A stretch of DNA of 64,000 nt from Minisyncoccota bacterium (GTDB lineage: Bacteria > Patescibacteriota > Minisyncoccia > 2-02-FULL-40-12 > IGHO2-12-FULL-4): positions 9,772 through 73,771 of the forward strand of contig DATDTF010000011.1 in assembly GCA_036517795.1 (NCBI GenBank). Direction: 5' to 3'. Of this stretch, positions 1 to 9,414 are shown piece after piece. The position numbers and the translations under genes are program-made. Position 1 is the first letter of the stretch, and every line of letters starts with the position of its first letter. The notes under the pieces are model-generated. The model searched no databases. It saw only the letters and a program-made list of their open reading frames with translations, and had not been told where the DNA came from.

Positions 1-319
1 CAAAATCAAAACAACGGAAAAGAATGGCGCGTTGACATTGTATCTATAATAATCAATAAACTTGACAAAAAAGCAAGTATAGTTCACTTTAAGAATGCGT
101 TGGCCAATCACCAGTAATCAAACCAGTTGACATCCCGCAGGACAAAGAATATGCTTAGCCAAGACTACTGAAAAGAAAAGGGCAAATCCCAACAAAAGGC
201 GGGGTTTTCGACTCTATTCCTAGGTAGATTGTGTTGTTTCTTGACAACATTTTTCTAACACTGGGCCATAGAATTGAAAACTCTGTTTTTTTATTTGTCC
301 AAATTTAACGGAGGGGGAT

Positions 320-2026
320 ATGAGAATCTTTTCACTGGCAGCCGCTTTTTACCTGTTGTTTTTCGTATCAGCCTGCCAGATTGGAGCTCATCTTCCCGTC
401 CCAGGCCGCGAAAAAGAAAAACAAACAGAAGAACAAAAAGAGATAGCCAAACAAAAAAACTCTTTCTTAAATAAACTTAATTCTTTGGAAAAGAATTATC
501 ACTACCTGAACAGCAAGATGCTGGAAAAGCGAAGCCGGGGATACAATACCGCTGAAGCCGAGACTACCTTGACCGCCATACAAAAAAGTTTGGCCGAAGC
601 CAAAGATCTGGCTTATTGGGAAAATTTTGAAGAACTTAAGCTGAAGATTGAAGAAATAAAGATACTTAGTGAAAAGGCAGATGCTTTGATTAAGTCCGCC
701 CCTAAATTTGGCGATAAACCCATAAAAAAAGAAAAAGTACAAAGAAAATATGGACTTGACGACAGAGAGTGGGTCAGAGAAATAAGAGGCGAACCGGACA
801 GGTTGAACAAACATTACCGCTCGCCGATGAGGGTTGAGTTAAGGATTTCTGATCCTTCGGCAGAATTAACCAGCTCAAACTGCTGGAGTGGTTTTATGCA
901 TGTTTTCGTTATAGAAAACCCTCCAAATGTAGAGAGTTGGTATTATCCAGAAGACCAAACCATTTACGTCTTCATGGAAACCAACTCCATTGTTGATCAA
1001 TTCATGCTAAGAAGTGATCTGCCTAGCTCAGAAAGAGACCAACTGCTTACTCAGCTCTGCCCAGCACAGACCTACTCTGGCCACAAACTTATCTATGTTG
1101 GCCCACCCATAACCGATGCCAACCAAATCGTAGACCAGGTTTTTGCAGGATCATTCCGTAGCGCCGATATGTTCGGTGTCGGCGCTTTAGATCGACTGGC
1201 CAAAGCCACAGCCGCCCTACCTGACCTTTCCATAGCTTCCATCGCTTTCAATACCAAACTGGAACCACTGAATAGACAGCAAAAAGAAGAGTTCGATAAA
1301 TTTGCTGAACTTGTAAAGATTATCGATCCAGCTGTGGCCAATTTTATGACAGAAACCGGTGCCATCCAAGAATCTTCCGAACCGGAAAATGTGAAAGACA
1401 AAAAAACGAGGGATTTAATGGGACAGCAGTCCGCTAAAACAAAAAAGGTTCTTGAAGCAGTAAACAGAATCTATAAATGGCAAAGGACACTTAATCCCGA
1501 ACCTAAAGATATCGAGCGCCTAAGCAAACTTTTCCCCGAAAACGAGAAGGAAATTAAGGAGATTCTGGAATTATTCAGTCAAAGCTTGGCCAGTCTATCT
1601 GAACAGTTTGGAGACCTTAGCAAAGAACTCCTGAAATTCAAAAACAGCGGTTTTTTAGAGCTGATTTTTCAAAAGGATTATCCGCCGGCAACCTTTTTTC
1701 TGCTGGAGGGCGTCCGTTTTGAAGAAAAAAAACTTGCCAGTGGAGAAGTCCTTGAACTGCCGGACTTATCAGTAAAAATTACAGTTGAATTAAAAACCAG
1801 CAAGAAAGAACCGCCAACCTTGGTCAAAGAAATGCCGGAAATCAAAATTTCTACAGCCAACCAGTTTGTAAACGCGGTCAAAGAATCGCGCCGCTTAGCC
1901 AGTTTTGGTTTAACATTTCCGACAACCCTTAATCCGGGCAATTATCTGATTACCTTTTTAATTAGCGACAATCTGCGAGCAAAAATAGTCAAACAAACCG
2001 TCAATTGGATAGTTTTACCCGACTAA
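320..2026 (+). CDS. hypothetical secreted protein or lipoprotein (568 aa)
   Basis: Long ORF. N-terminal hydrophobic signal with a lipobox-like FFVSAC. Lys/Glu-rich coiled-coil-like body. No family recognised by eye. Confidence 0.45.
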   Translation: MRIFSLAAAFYLLFFVSACQIGAHLPVPGREKEKQTEEQKEIAKQKNSFLNKLNSLEKNYHYLNSKMLEKRSRGYNTAEAETTLTAIQKSLAEAKDLAYWENFEELKLKIEEIKILSEKADALIKSAPKFGDKPIKKEKVQRKYGLDDREWVREIRGEPDRLNKHYRSPMRVELRISDPSAELTSSNCWSGFMHVFVIENPPNVESWYYPEDQTIYVFMETNSIVDQFMLRSDLPSSERDQLLTQLCPAQTYSGHKLIYVGPPITDANQIVDQVFAGSFRSADMFGVGALDRLAKATAALPDLSIASIAFNTKLEPLNRQQKEEFDKFAELVKIIDPAVANFMTETGAIQESSEPENVKDKKTRDLMGQQSAKTKKVLEAVNRIYKWQRTLNPEPKDIERLSKLFPENEKEIKEILELFSQSLASLSEQFGDLSKELLKFKNSGFLELIFQKDYPPATFFLLEGVRFEEKKLASGEVLELPDLSVKITVELKTSKKEPPTLVKEMPEIKISTANQFVNAVKESRRLASFGLTFPTTLNPGNYLITFLISDNLRAKIVKQTVNWIVLPD

Positions 2027-2027
2027 C

Positions 2028-2052
2028 CGAGGCTTTACAGCCTCTTTTTTTT
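2028..2052 (+). terminator. rho-independent terminator
   Basis: GAGGCT..AGCCTC hairpin followed by a T8 run directly after the stop of the 320..2026 ORF. Confidence 0.6.
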
Positions 2053-2092
2053 GTGTTAATTTTTGCCAAGAACTTTGAAAAAGGAGCGCTAA

Positions 2093-2740
2093 TTGAAACT
2101 ACATACTCAAACCACTCAAACCGCTGTAGTTTTCCTAACCACTTTATTGGTTTTTGTTTCCAGTATCTTTACTGAATTCTCTTATGCCGTTGGTGGACCG
2201 CAGGAAAGCTGGCAACAAGAACCGACCGCCACGACAATTAAGATAGTAGACGGTTTCTTCCACCATCTAGATTTGGAAAAAAAACAAATGCTTGTTGCCA
2301 TAGACAGGCAGGGGAAGATACTACAAAGTATCAATCTTGGCCGAATAAAGTCCGTGTATCTTATCCAAGGCAAACCGGAGAAACTCAAGGGACTTCTGAC
2401 GGGCGGCTCAATCGGAGCTATCGTCGGTTTTTCTTCTCTTTTCTGGAAAAGCCTGACCGACTCCAACAAAGACGCGACGGACAATCAAAAAGACAACAAA
2501 CTGAACATCGCTGATTTGGCAATAAGAATCGGCGGCGGAGCGGGAGTTGGTCTGATTATCGGCTACTTCAGGGATCGGGGAGAAGAAAGCATAAGACCTT
2601 TTCCTGTCTACGATCCTGAAATTAGGCAAACCAATCCCCACCCCAGTATTGATTTTGGTAATATTGAAAACTTGGCAAAAATGCTAAGAGAGAAAGAGTC
2701 TTTTGTCCACGTCACTCTCAAAGAAAAGGAAGAAAAATGA
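2093..2740 (+). CDS. hypothetical secreted/membrane protein (215 aa)
   Basis: ORF with an N-terminal signal-like hydrophobic segment and a Gly-rich internal TM-like stretch. Its 4 nt overlap with the next ORF suggests co-translation. Confidence 0.35.
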   Translation: MKLHTQTTQTAVVFLTTLLVFVSSIFTEFSYAVGGPQESWQQEPTATTIKIVDGFFHHLDLEKKQMLVAIDRQGKILQSINLGRIKSVYLIQGKPEKLKGLLTGGSIGAIVGFSSLFWKSLTDSNKDATDNQKDNKLNIADLAIRIGGGAGVGLIIGYFRDRGEESIRPFPVYDPEIRQTNPHPSIDFGNIENLAKMLREKESFVHVTLKEKEEK

Positions 2741-3897
2741 ATAGAAATCTAAAGTTTCCCTACGTTTTTTTGCTTTGTTTTTTAAGTCTTAACCTTTCTT
2801 CACCGGGACAAGAGTCAACACAGTTCAAAGTAGAGGTAAAGAATGTTCACCTGCCCCTGCTAATTTTTGACAGGGGACAGGCAATAAAGCTTAACAAAGA
2901 AAACTTTAGAATTTTTGAGGGTGAAAAAAATGTTAACGGGCAAGTTGTCTGGGCGGAACAAGGGATAGTAAGTTTCAGCAGATATGAAGACCAGGCCATT
3001 GCTCTAGCGGTAGCCATAGACTCAAGCGAGTCTATGATTCCTACTTTTCAACCCAACACTCAACTTGAAGAAAACAAACTGGAGCAAGCCAAAAATGCCG
3101 CCCGTTCACTGTTTCAATCAGTTTTTAGGGAAGAAAAAGACATCGGCTTAGCTTCAGAAATCGCTTATGAAGTTAACTTTCTGGACTCTGGTAAGCTGGA
3201 AGAAGCTTTCGGCGTCAATATCCCAAGGAGTTTCTTTTTTAGAAACACCTATTTCTCCTTCATCAAAAAATACAACACCGTAACCCTTGCCTCAACCAGT
3301 CTTTTCATCAATCAGGACTGGACTGACAATCTAAAAAAAATTGAGATCGGCATAAGCAAAGCCAATCAGCCCGGAGGCAACACACCACTAAGAGACGCTG
3401 CGTTTAATTTAGCCCAACACTTTTCTCATGTTAACGGCGATTTCCTAAGAGTGGCGGTTATTCTGACCGACGGTCTGGACATGCCAGACCCCCAAACAAC
3501 GGGTGAGGTAAAAATCAACAGCCACAGTTTGGCCGAAGTTATAAGTGAACTGCAAAACAACCAAGTGTTGGTTTATACTGTCGGCCTTTACCAGCAGGAA
3601 CCGGCTCTTTTGTTCGGCTCTAATCGGGCAGTTCAGGTGACAGATTTTCTAGAAGAGTTGGCGAAAAACACAGGCGGACTGGCTTTCTTTGAAGCAAACC
3701 TCTCGAGGTTAAGCGCTGTATTTTTCAAAATTGGCGCGATGATTAGAAGTGTTAATTTTTTGAGCTATGAACCGACCAGCAACATTGAGGGCGCGAGACT
3801 AATCAAGGTAGAGACAGGGGGGTGGGATTACAACAAAAAATGGCACAAAAAAAACTACACTCTTTTTCACAGACAAGGATATTTTTACAAAAAGTAA
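2737..3897 (+). CDS. secreted von Willebrand factor A (vWA)-like domain protein
   Basis: Signal peptide. MIDAS-type DxSxS motif (AIDSSESM). Later GGNTPL and ILTDG motifs typical of vWA folds. Confidence 0.45.
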   Translation: MNRNLKFPYVFLLCFLSLNLSSPGQESTQFKVEVKNVHLPLLIFDRGQAIKLNKENFRIFEGEKNVNGQVVWAEQGIVSFSRYEDQAIALAVAIDSSESMIPTFQPNTQLEENKLEQAKNAARSLFQSVFREEKDIGLASEIAYEVNFLDSGKLEEAFGVNIPRSFFFRNTYFSFIKKYNTVTLASTSLFINQDWTDNLKKIEIGISKANQPGGNTPLRDAAFNLAQHFSHVNGDFLRVAVILTDGLDMPDPQTTGEVKINSHSLAEVISELQNNQVLVYTVGLYQQEPALLFGSNRAVQVTDFLEELAKNTGGLAFFEANLSRLSAVFFKIGAMIRSVNFLSYEPTSNIEGARLIKVETGGWDYNKKWHKKNYTLFHRQGYFYKK

Positions 3898-3927
3898 CGG
3901 ACGGCAAAACGCCGTCTTTTTATTTTT
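3898..3927 (+). terminator. rho-independent terminator
   Basis: GACGGC-AAAAC-GCCGTC hairpin plus a T-run 1 nt after the stop codon. Confidence 0.6.
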
Positions 3928-4186
3928 GTGTCGCTTCGCCAATACTGCTTTTTCCGGTCAATTAAAACCAAGCTTCGCAGATATAGCCTTTTCGGTACTT
4001 TCGTCTGCTCCAGCGGCAGACTCACTCGCTGTTCGCCTGGGTTTCAGGAGGAGTTAAGATTAATTATACTCCTCCTGACCAAGCAAACCGCAGGCTCACA
4101 GCGACCTCAAAGACTATATCTGCTACGCTTTCATATTTCACCCAATGTTAACCAAAAACCTCTTGTTTTCCAACATTTTTTGACCA

Positions 4187-4216
4187 TTGACTAGGGTGGT
4201 GTAAATTTGGTATAAT
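4187..4216 (+). promoter_or_regulatory. sigma70-like promoter (TTGACT, 18 nt spacer with TG extended -10, TATAAT)
   Basis: TTGACT at 4187-4192. TGgTATAAT at 4209-4216. About 100 nt upstream of the 4318 ATG. Confidence 0.5.
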
Positions 4217-4317
4217 ATAGATATAGTAAAGCACTTAGACAACCAAGACGAGGGTCGGATATTGAATCTTTAAAAAGGTCCGGCCTTGTCAGCCCAAACG
4301 GGCAAAAAGGAGAGCAA

Positions 4318-5067
4318 ATGAGAGCTTTGAGAATTTGGTTAGGTTTTTTATTGGGATTTCTGATTGGGGTGGTTTTTTTTACCTCAATCGGCTTGGCCCA
4401 GGACGAACTATCCAGGGTCATTAATAGCAATGTCCGGCTCATCGAGCGGAATCATGTCCGTGGGGACGTTGCCAATGCTCGGGCCGGAATCCACAATTTC
4501 ATGTACCATAACCAGTACGGTTATGGTTACGAAAACGACGGCTACTTCTATGGAACCGACCAGTACGGTCGGGGAAACCGTGGGAGGACCCGCATCAGTC
4601 CCATTGAAGTTGGGATTGGTGGAGCCATAATCGGCGGAACCGTCGGCGGATGGAAAGGCGCCGCTATTGGTGGCGTCAGTGGTTATTTCGGGACGAAGGC
4701 CGTAAAAGTCATCGTCAACCACAAAAGAAATAAGAAAGCCGAAAAAGAAGCCGAGGCTATGGCCACCCAAGCAGAGGCGGAAGCTCAAGCCATGCTTGAG
4801 AAAAAGTTTTTCTGGAACGACTTTGAGTCTGTATCCGTCGGGGTTTTCTATCAAGATAACTCCGGCTCACAGTACAAAAAGGTCGGTCCAGGACAACGTG
4901 TTGAGTTGTTCGTTCTGCCCGGTACCGAGATTGGAGTCATGGCCGAGAACATGACAACTCGGGAGGGACGAAATATTAACCTGGAGCTTCGATACGGAAA
5001 TGGTAAACAGAAGCTCCCTGCCAACTCCGGGTGGAGAGTATTCAACCCGGAGACAGGAGGCTATTAG
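4318..5067 (+). CDS. secreted/membrane glycine-zipper protein
   Basis: Signal peptide. GxxxG-rich stretch (GIGGAIIGGTVGGWKGAAIGGVSGYFG) typical of glycine-zipper 2TM domains. Confidence 0.4.
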   Translation: MRALRIWLGFLLGFLIGVVFFTSIGLAQDELSRVINSNVRLIERNHVRGDVANARAGIHNFMYHNQYGYGYENDGYFYGTDQYGRGNRGRTRISPIEVGIGGAIIGGTVGGWKGAAIGGVSGYFGTKAVKVIVNHKRNKKAEKEAEAMATQAEAEAQAMLEKKFFWNDFESVSVGVFYQDNSGSQYKKVGPGQRVELFVLPGTEIGVMAENMTTREGRNINLELRYGNGKQKLPANSGWRVFNPETGGY

Positions 5068-5426
5068 TGAAAGCAAATGTGAAGTGGCAACAGGGGGTAC
5101 TACGACCCTCTACGCCGATCCGAAGAAAAGAATCATTAACATCGACCAGTTGGTTTACATTTCTTCACTGGATGTTGGGACTGGGGGGAATTGCCCTCAT
5201 GGCTTGGATCTTCTTCGGAGGATTCAAGCTGGGGGAGCATTCTTCCGCCACCCCCATCCCAGTAAAAATTGAGGTACCGGGGCTAGAAAAAACTGCTACA
5301 GCGTTGGAGGCTGTAGCGGGGAAGTTGAAAGAAACTCCAACAACCCCATCAGCTTCGGGCGAAGTGGAAGAGGCTGGAGTAAAGCCTATTCCCAAGCCCA
5401 AAAGCTTATGGGAGTTGAATCCCTAG
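5067..5426 (+). CDS. small membrane protein (probable GTG start overlapping upstream stop, TAGTG)
   Basis: AGGAGG RBS at 5055-5060 and an in-frame GTG at 5067. One TM segment (WFTFLHWMLGLGGIALMAWIFFGG). The ORF track's ATG at 5031 lies inside the upstream gene. Confidence 0.3.
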   Translation: MKANVKWQQGVLRPSTPIRRKESLTSTSWFTFLHWMLGLGGIALMAWIFFGGFKLGEHSSATPIPVKIEVPGLEKTATALEAVAGKLKETPTTPSASGEVEEAGVKPIPKPKSLWELNP

Positions 5427-5456
5427 TTCTGTAGTTCTCTGGCCAAGAATTTCGGC

Positions 5457-5485
5457 CACCCTGTCTTAAAAAGACAGGGTTTTTC
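5457..5485 (+). terminator. rho-independent terminator
   Basis: ACCCTGTCTT-AAA-AAGACAGGGT hairpin followed by TTTTT. Confidence 0.6.
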
Positions 5486-5499
5486 ATTGATTGAAAGAT

Positions 5500-5530
5500 A
5501 ATCAATCCAAGGGCAGCCCTTGGATTGATT
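5500..5530. repeat. REP-like perfect palindrome (15 bp arms, AATCAATCCAAGGGC / GCCCTTGGATTGATT) upstream of the transposase
   Basis: Read directly from the sequence. It shares the CCAAGGGC/GCCCTTGG core with the two palindromes at 5713 and 6210. Confidence 0.7.
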
Positions 5531-5555
5531 GGTGTTTTGTTTTATACTTATTGTC

Positions 5556-6260
5556 ATGGAACGTAAAATTATCTTTTCACCAGGAGAGTACTATCATGTT
5601 TATAATCGTGGTGTTGAAAAACGTAAAATTTTTCTTGAGGATAGAGATTATAATCGTTTTTTAAAAATGCTTTTTTTGGCAAATGGGTCTAACCCAATTG
5701 TTTTTAAAACTGTCCAAGGGCTGCCCTTGGATAAACTTGAGCCAGGAGAAAGAGTGGTTGCTATTGGTGCTTTTGTTCTAATGCCCAACCATTTTCATAT
5801 TCTTGTAAAAGAAAGGGTGGCAGGTGGTTTAACAAACTTTATGCTGAAACTTACCACAGGATATGCTATGTATTTCAATAAAAAATATGAGAGAGTTGGT
5901 TCATTATTCCAGAGTAGGTTTAAGGCGGAACACGTTGACGATGACGACTATCTAAAATATTTATTTTCGTATATACATTTGAATCCAATTAAAATTATTG
6001 AGTCGTCTTGGAAAGAAACAGGGATAACGAACATTAAAAAAGCAGAAGTATTCCTCAATAACTACCGATATTCTAGTTACCCTGATTATGTAGCAGGGTA
6101 TAGGCCAGAAAAAAAGATTCTTAACCTGAAAGAGTTTCCAAATTATTTTGAAAATAAACATATTTTCGCCAACTTTCATAAGGAATGGTTGGTTTTAAAA
6201 GCCAACTATCATCAACTATCCAAGGGCTGCCCTTGGATAGTTGATGATTATAAAAAATAA
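5556..6260 (+). CDS. IS200/IS605-family (Y1 HUH) transposase, REP-associated tyrosine transposase (RayT)-like
   Basis: HUH motif MPNHFHILV. N-terminal GEYYHVYNRG. Catalytic-Tyr region FNKKYERVGSLFQSRF. Start trimmed to MERKII. Flanked by, and containing, REP-like hairpins. Confidence 0.7.
   Translation: MERKIIFSPGEYYHVYNRGVEKRKIFLEDRDYNRFLKMLFLANGSNPIVFKTVQGLPLDKLEPGERVVAIGAFVLMPNHFHILVKERVAGGLTNFMLKLTTGYAMYFNKKYERVGSLFQSRFKAEHVDDDDYLKYLFSYIHLNPIKIIESSWKETGITNIKKAEVFLNNYRYSSYPDYVAGYRPEKKILNLKEFPNYFENKHIFANFHKEWLVLKANYHQLSKGCPWIVDDYKK
5713..5731. repeat. REP-like palindrome inside the transposase CDS (TCCAAGGGC t GCCCTTGGA)
   Basis: Same core as the flanking palindromes. It encodes QGLPLD. 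Confidence 0.6.
6210..6246. repeat. REP-like palindrome (18 bp arms) at the transposase 3' end
   Basis: CATCAACTATCCAAGGGC t GCCCTTGGATAGTTGATG. It encodes the C-terminal LSKGCPWIVDD. Confidence 0.7.
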
Positions 6261-6710
6261 ATGCAATTTCTATCAAAAAGCTCAAAACAAACACAAAAAT
6301 TGGCAGAAAATTTGGCTAAGGAAAGTGTTAAAAAATACTTTCAAAAAAAAGGATCCTTGATAGTTGGTTTGGAAGGTGAGCTCGGTGCGGGAAAAACTAC
6401 TTTCGTGAAAGGTTTCGCCAAAGGCCTGGGTCTAAAAAATAAAATTTCCAGCCCGACTTTTGTTTTAATGAAATCCTATAACTTAAAACTTGTAACCTAT
6501 AACAATCTTTACCACATTGACGCCTATAGGCTCAAAGACCACAAAGATTTAATTAAACTGGGTATAAAAGAAATTTTAAATGACCCAAAAAATTTAGTCT
6601 TAATTGAATGGTCTGACAGAGTAAAAAAAATACTGCCAAAAAATTATCTGAAGATTCACATAGACCACATAGACGAGATGACCAGAAAGATCTTAATTAG
6701 GACCTTATAA
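6261..6710 (+). CDS. tsaE: tRNA threonylcarbamoyladenosine biosynthesis ATPase TsaE (YjeE)
   Basis: About 150 aa. P-loop GELGAGKTTFVKGFAKGLG, characteristic of TsaE. Confidence 0.65.
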   Translation: MQFLSKSSKQTQKLAENLAKESVKKYFQKKGSLIVGLEGELGAGKTTFVKGFAKGLGLKNKISSPTFVLMKSYNLKLVTYNNLYHIDAYRLKDHKDLIKLGIKEILNDPKNLVLIEWSDRVKKILPKNYLKIHIDHIDEMTRKILIRTL

Positions 6711-6816
6711 ACCTTCGCAAAAAAAGATTTTATTTAGAACCGAAGGCAAGTGCCTCTTTTGCAGTTCGGCGGCGACAGTCCGACGCAAAAAAGAGGCATC
6801 CCACGAAGGTTTTCTT

Positions 6817-9414
6817 ATGAAAAAGTTAATTCTAATTGACGCCAATGCTTTGGTCCACCGAGCCTTTCATGCTTTGCCGCCTTTAACTTCCCCGCAGGGC
6901 GTGATTGTCAATGCAGTTTACGGCTTTACCTCGGTACTGCTTAAGACCATAAAAGACATGCAGCCGGATTATATGGCTGCCGCTTTTGACTTGGCCGGAC
7001 CGACTTTCCGCCACGAAGAGTTTGAGGAATACAAAGCTCACCGCCAAAAAGCACCTGACGAACTTTATGCACAAATCCCTCTCATCCAAGAAGTTTTAAA
7101 AGCCTTCGGAATAGAAATTTTTACAAAAGAAGGTTACGAAGCTGATGACCTTATCGGTTCTTTGGCTGAAAAAGCTAAAAAAAATCAACAGAATGGCGGA
7201 CTGCAAACAGTTATTCTGACCGGGGATTTAGATACGCTCCAGTTAGTTGAAGATGATAAAGTCGTTGTTTTTACCCTACGCAAAGGAGTAAGCGATACGG
7301 TAACCTACAATGAAAAATCTGTCTTAGAACGTTATGGCCTGGAACCTTACCAAGTTGTGGATTTCAAAGGATTAAAAGGTGATCCGTCAGACAATATCCC
7401 CGGAGTTCCCGGTATAGGCGAAAAAACAGCTATGGCCCTCCTGCAAAAATATGAAACAGTTGAAAACCTATATGACCAGCTTAAGAAAATTAAAGAGTTC
7501 AAAAAAGGTGAGGTCTTGAGCGCCAAGCTGGCCCAGAAACTTAAAGAAAATGAAAAACAGGCAGTCTTCAGTAAAAGATTGGCAACAATCATCACTGATC
7601 TTGATATTGATTTCTCATTGGAGAAAGTAAATTGGAAAAATAAATATAACAAAGGAACAGTTACTCAAGTTCTGAAAAACTTAGGTTTTAACAGCCTACT
7701 TGCTCGCCTTCCGGACGGACAGGCATCCTTACCTGAACTTGACACAATAAAAAACAAAAACCAATCCGAAAATCGGGAAAGTGAGCAAAAGAGCTTGCGT
7801 TTTAATGAACCACAGCCTTTGATTTTACAAACTTCCGACCCGAGTGTCGCTTACTTAAACGGTGACACCACCACACCAGAAAAGATATCTTCAAAACTTA
7901 AAGATATCTTAGAAGATGGAAACATTGCCAAAAGAGGGCATAATCTGAAGCCTGTTGTTAAACTTCTCCTAAACCAAGACATCCGCGTTAAAAATCTTGA
8001 CTTTGACACGGCCCTGGCATCTTACTTGGTGAGACCGGAACTTAAAGACTACGACTTAGACAAAATCTACTTTATGGAGTTTGCCCAATCTTTTACAGAT
8101 ACGGGTTCAGCCTTACCAAAGTTAGTGGAGGTTCTCGGAAAAAAACTAAAAGAAAAAGGGCTGATGAAGGTTTTTGAAGAAATTGAAATGCCTCTTATCC
8201 CGGTTCTGGCGGAAATGGAAAAAAACGGCATCAAGATTAACACAGCCGGCTTGGAAAAATTATCAGAAAAAGTAAATACTGAAATTACCGGCTTGGAAAA
8301 GAAAATTTATGAATTAGCCGGACAAGAATTTAATATCAACTCACCCCAACAACTCGGAGAAATTCTTTTTGACAAGCTTCAACTTAAAACTAGGGTCAGG
8401 AAGACCGGCGGGGGAGCACGTTCAACGGCCGTGTCCGAACTTGAAAAACTGCACGACGAACATCCGATAATTAAGCTGGTCATGCAATACCGCGAACTTC
8501 AAAAACTGAAGACAACTTATATTGAACCGTTTCCGACTCTCGTTGACCCCGAAGATAGCCGCCTGCACACCACCTACAACCAAACAGGAACAGTTACCGG
8601 CAGGCTTTCCAGCCAAGACCCAAATCTCCAAAACATTCCCATTCGCACTGAACTTGGACAAGAGTTTAGAAAAGCCTTTGTTGCTGAAGACAGCTGGCAG
8701 CTTCTGTCACTTGATTATTCTCAAATTGAGTTAAGAGTAGCCGCCTACCTGTCTGGCGATCAAAAAATGATTGCGGCTTTTCAAAACAATGAAGACATTC
8801 ACACCAGAACCGCCGCCGAAGTATTTGAGGTCAGCCCCGATAAAGTTACCCATCAAATGCGTAGAGAAGCCAAAGCCCTCAACTTCGGCATTTTGTTCGG
8901 TATGGGAGTTCTGGGTTTTGCCCGTTCTGCGGGCGTGGATAAAATGCGCGCCAGAGAGTTTATTACAAAATATCTAAACAAGTTTTCAGGCATGGCAGAC
9001 TACATGGAAAAAGCCAAGACTGAAGCCAAAGAAAAAGGCTATGTTCAAACTTACTTCGGCAGAAGAAGGGATTTGCCGGAGATAAATTCCAGCATGCCTC
9101 ACATGGTAGCCCAAGCTGAAAGAATGGCCATTAATGCCCCGATACAAGGGACGGAAGCCGATATTATGAAGCTGGCAATGATAGGGGTTTACAATTTCAT
9201 ACACGAAAGTAAGATTGAAAACGAAGCTAGAATTTTACTTCAAGTCCATGATGAGTTACTGTGTGAAGTAAAGAAAGAGAAGATACGGGAGATATCAGGC
9301 AAATTTAAAGAAATTATGGAAAAAGTATGGACTCCCATCTCAAAAAACAACCAAGCTTCAGTTCCCATAGTAGTTGACGTGAAAATAGGGGAAAACTGGG
9401 CGGAAATGTCATGA
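6817..9414 (+). CDS. polA: DNA polymerase I
   Basis: 865 aa. N-terminal 5'-3' exonuclease (LILIDANALVHRAFHALP). Polymerase motifs DYSQIELR and QVHDELL. Confidence 0.9.
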   Translation: MKKLILIDANALVHRAFHALPPLTSPQGVIVNAVYGFTSVLLKTIKDMQPDYMAAAFDLAGPTFRHEEFEEYKAHRQKAPDELYAQIPLIQEVLKAFGIEIFTKEGYEADDLIGSLAEKAKKNQQNGGLQTVILTGDLDTLQLVEDDKVVVFTLRKGVSDTVTYNEKSVLERYGLEPYQVVDFKGLKGDPSDNIPGVPGIGEKTAMALLQKYETVENLYDQLKKIKEFKKGEVLSAKLAQKLKENEKQAVFSKRLATIITDLDIDFSLEKVNWKNKYNKGTVTQVLKNLGFNSLLARLPDGQASLPELDTIKNKNQSENRESEQKSLRFNEPQPLILQTSDPSVAYLNGDTTTPEKISSKLKDILEDGNIAKRGHNLKPVVKLLLNQDIRVKNLDFDTALASYLVRPELKDYDLDKIYFMEFAQSFTDTGSALPKLVEVLGKKLKEKGLMKVFEEIEMPLIPVLAEMEKNGIKINTAGLEKLSEKVNTEITGLEKKIYELAGQEFNINSPQQLGEILFDKLQLKTRVRKTGGGARSTAVSELEKLHDEHPIIKLVMQYRELQKLKTTYIEPFPTLVDPEDSRLHTTYNQTGTVTGRLSSQDPNLQNIPIRTELGQEFRKAFVAEDSWQLLSLDYSQIELRVAAYLSGDQKMIAAFQNNEDIHTRTAAEVFEVSPDKVTHQMRREAKALNFGILFGMGVLGFARSAGVDKMRAREFITKYLNKFSGMADYMEKAKTEAKEKGYVQTYFGRRRDLPEINSSMPHMVAQAERMAINAPIQGTEADIMKLAMIGVYNFIHESKIENEARILLQVHDELLCEVKKEKIREISGKFKEIMEKVWTPISKNNQASVPIVVDVKIGENWAEMS

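Noticed and set aside
274-474. 66 aa ORF overlapping the start of the 320..2026 gene
   Set aside because: It is an out-of-frame overlap with a much longer, signal-peptide-bearing ORF. It is probably not coding.
3928-4194. 88 aa ORF in the spacer between the vWA gene and the 4318 gene
   Set aside because: It lies on top of a terminator hairpin and the promoter for the downstream gene. It has Arg/Leu-rich low-complexity composition typical of a spurious frame.
5031-5066. ATG start at 5031 for the small membrane protein
   Set aside because: It lies inside the upstream gene's last 12 codons. An AGGAGG RBS followed by an in-frame GTG at 5067 fits better.
6418-6436. ttcgccaaaggcctgggt inside tsaE resembling the MITE internal block (ttcgccaaaggcg)
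   Set aside because: It is a short coincidental match encoding the conserved TsaE residues FAKGLG. No flanking terminal inverted repeat sequence is present.
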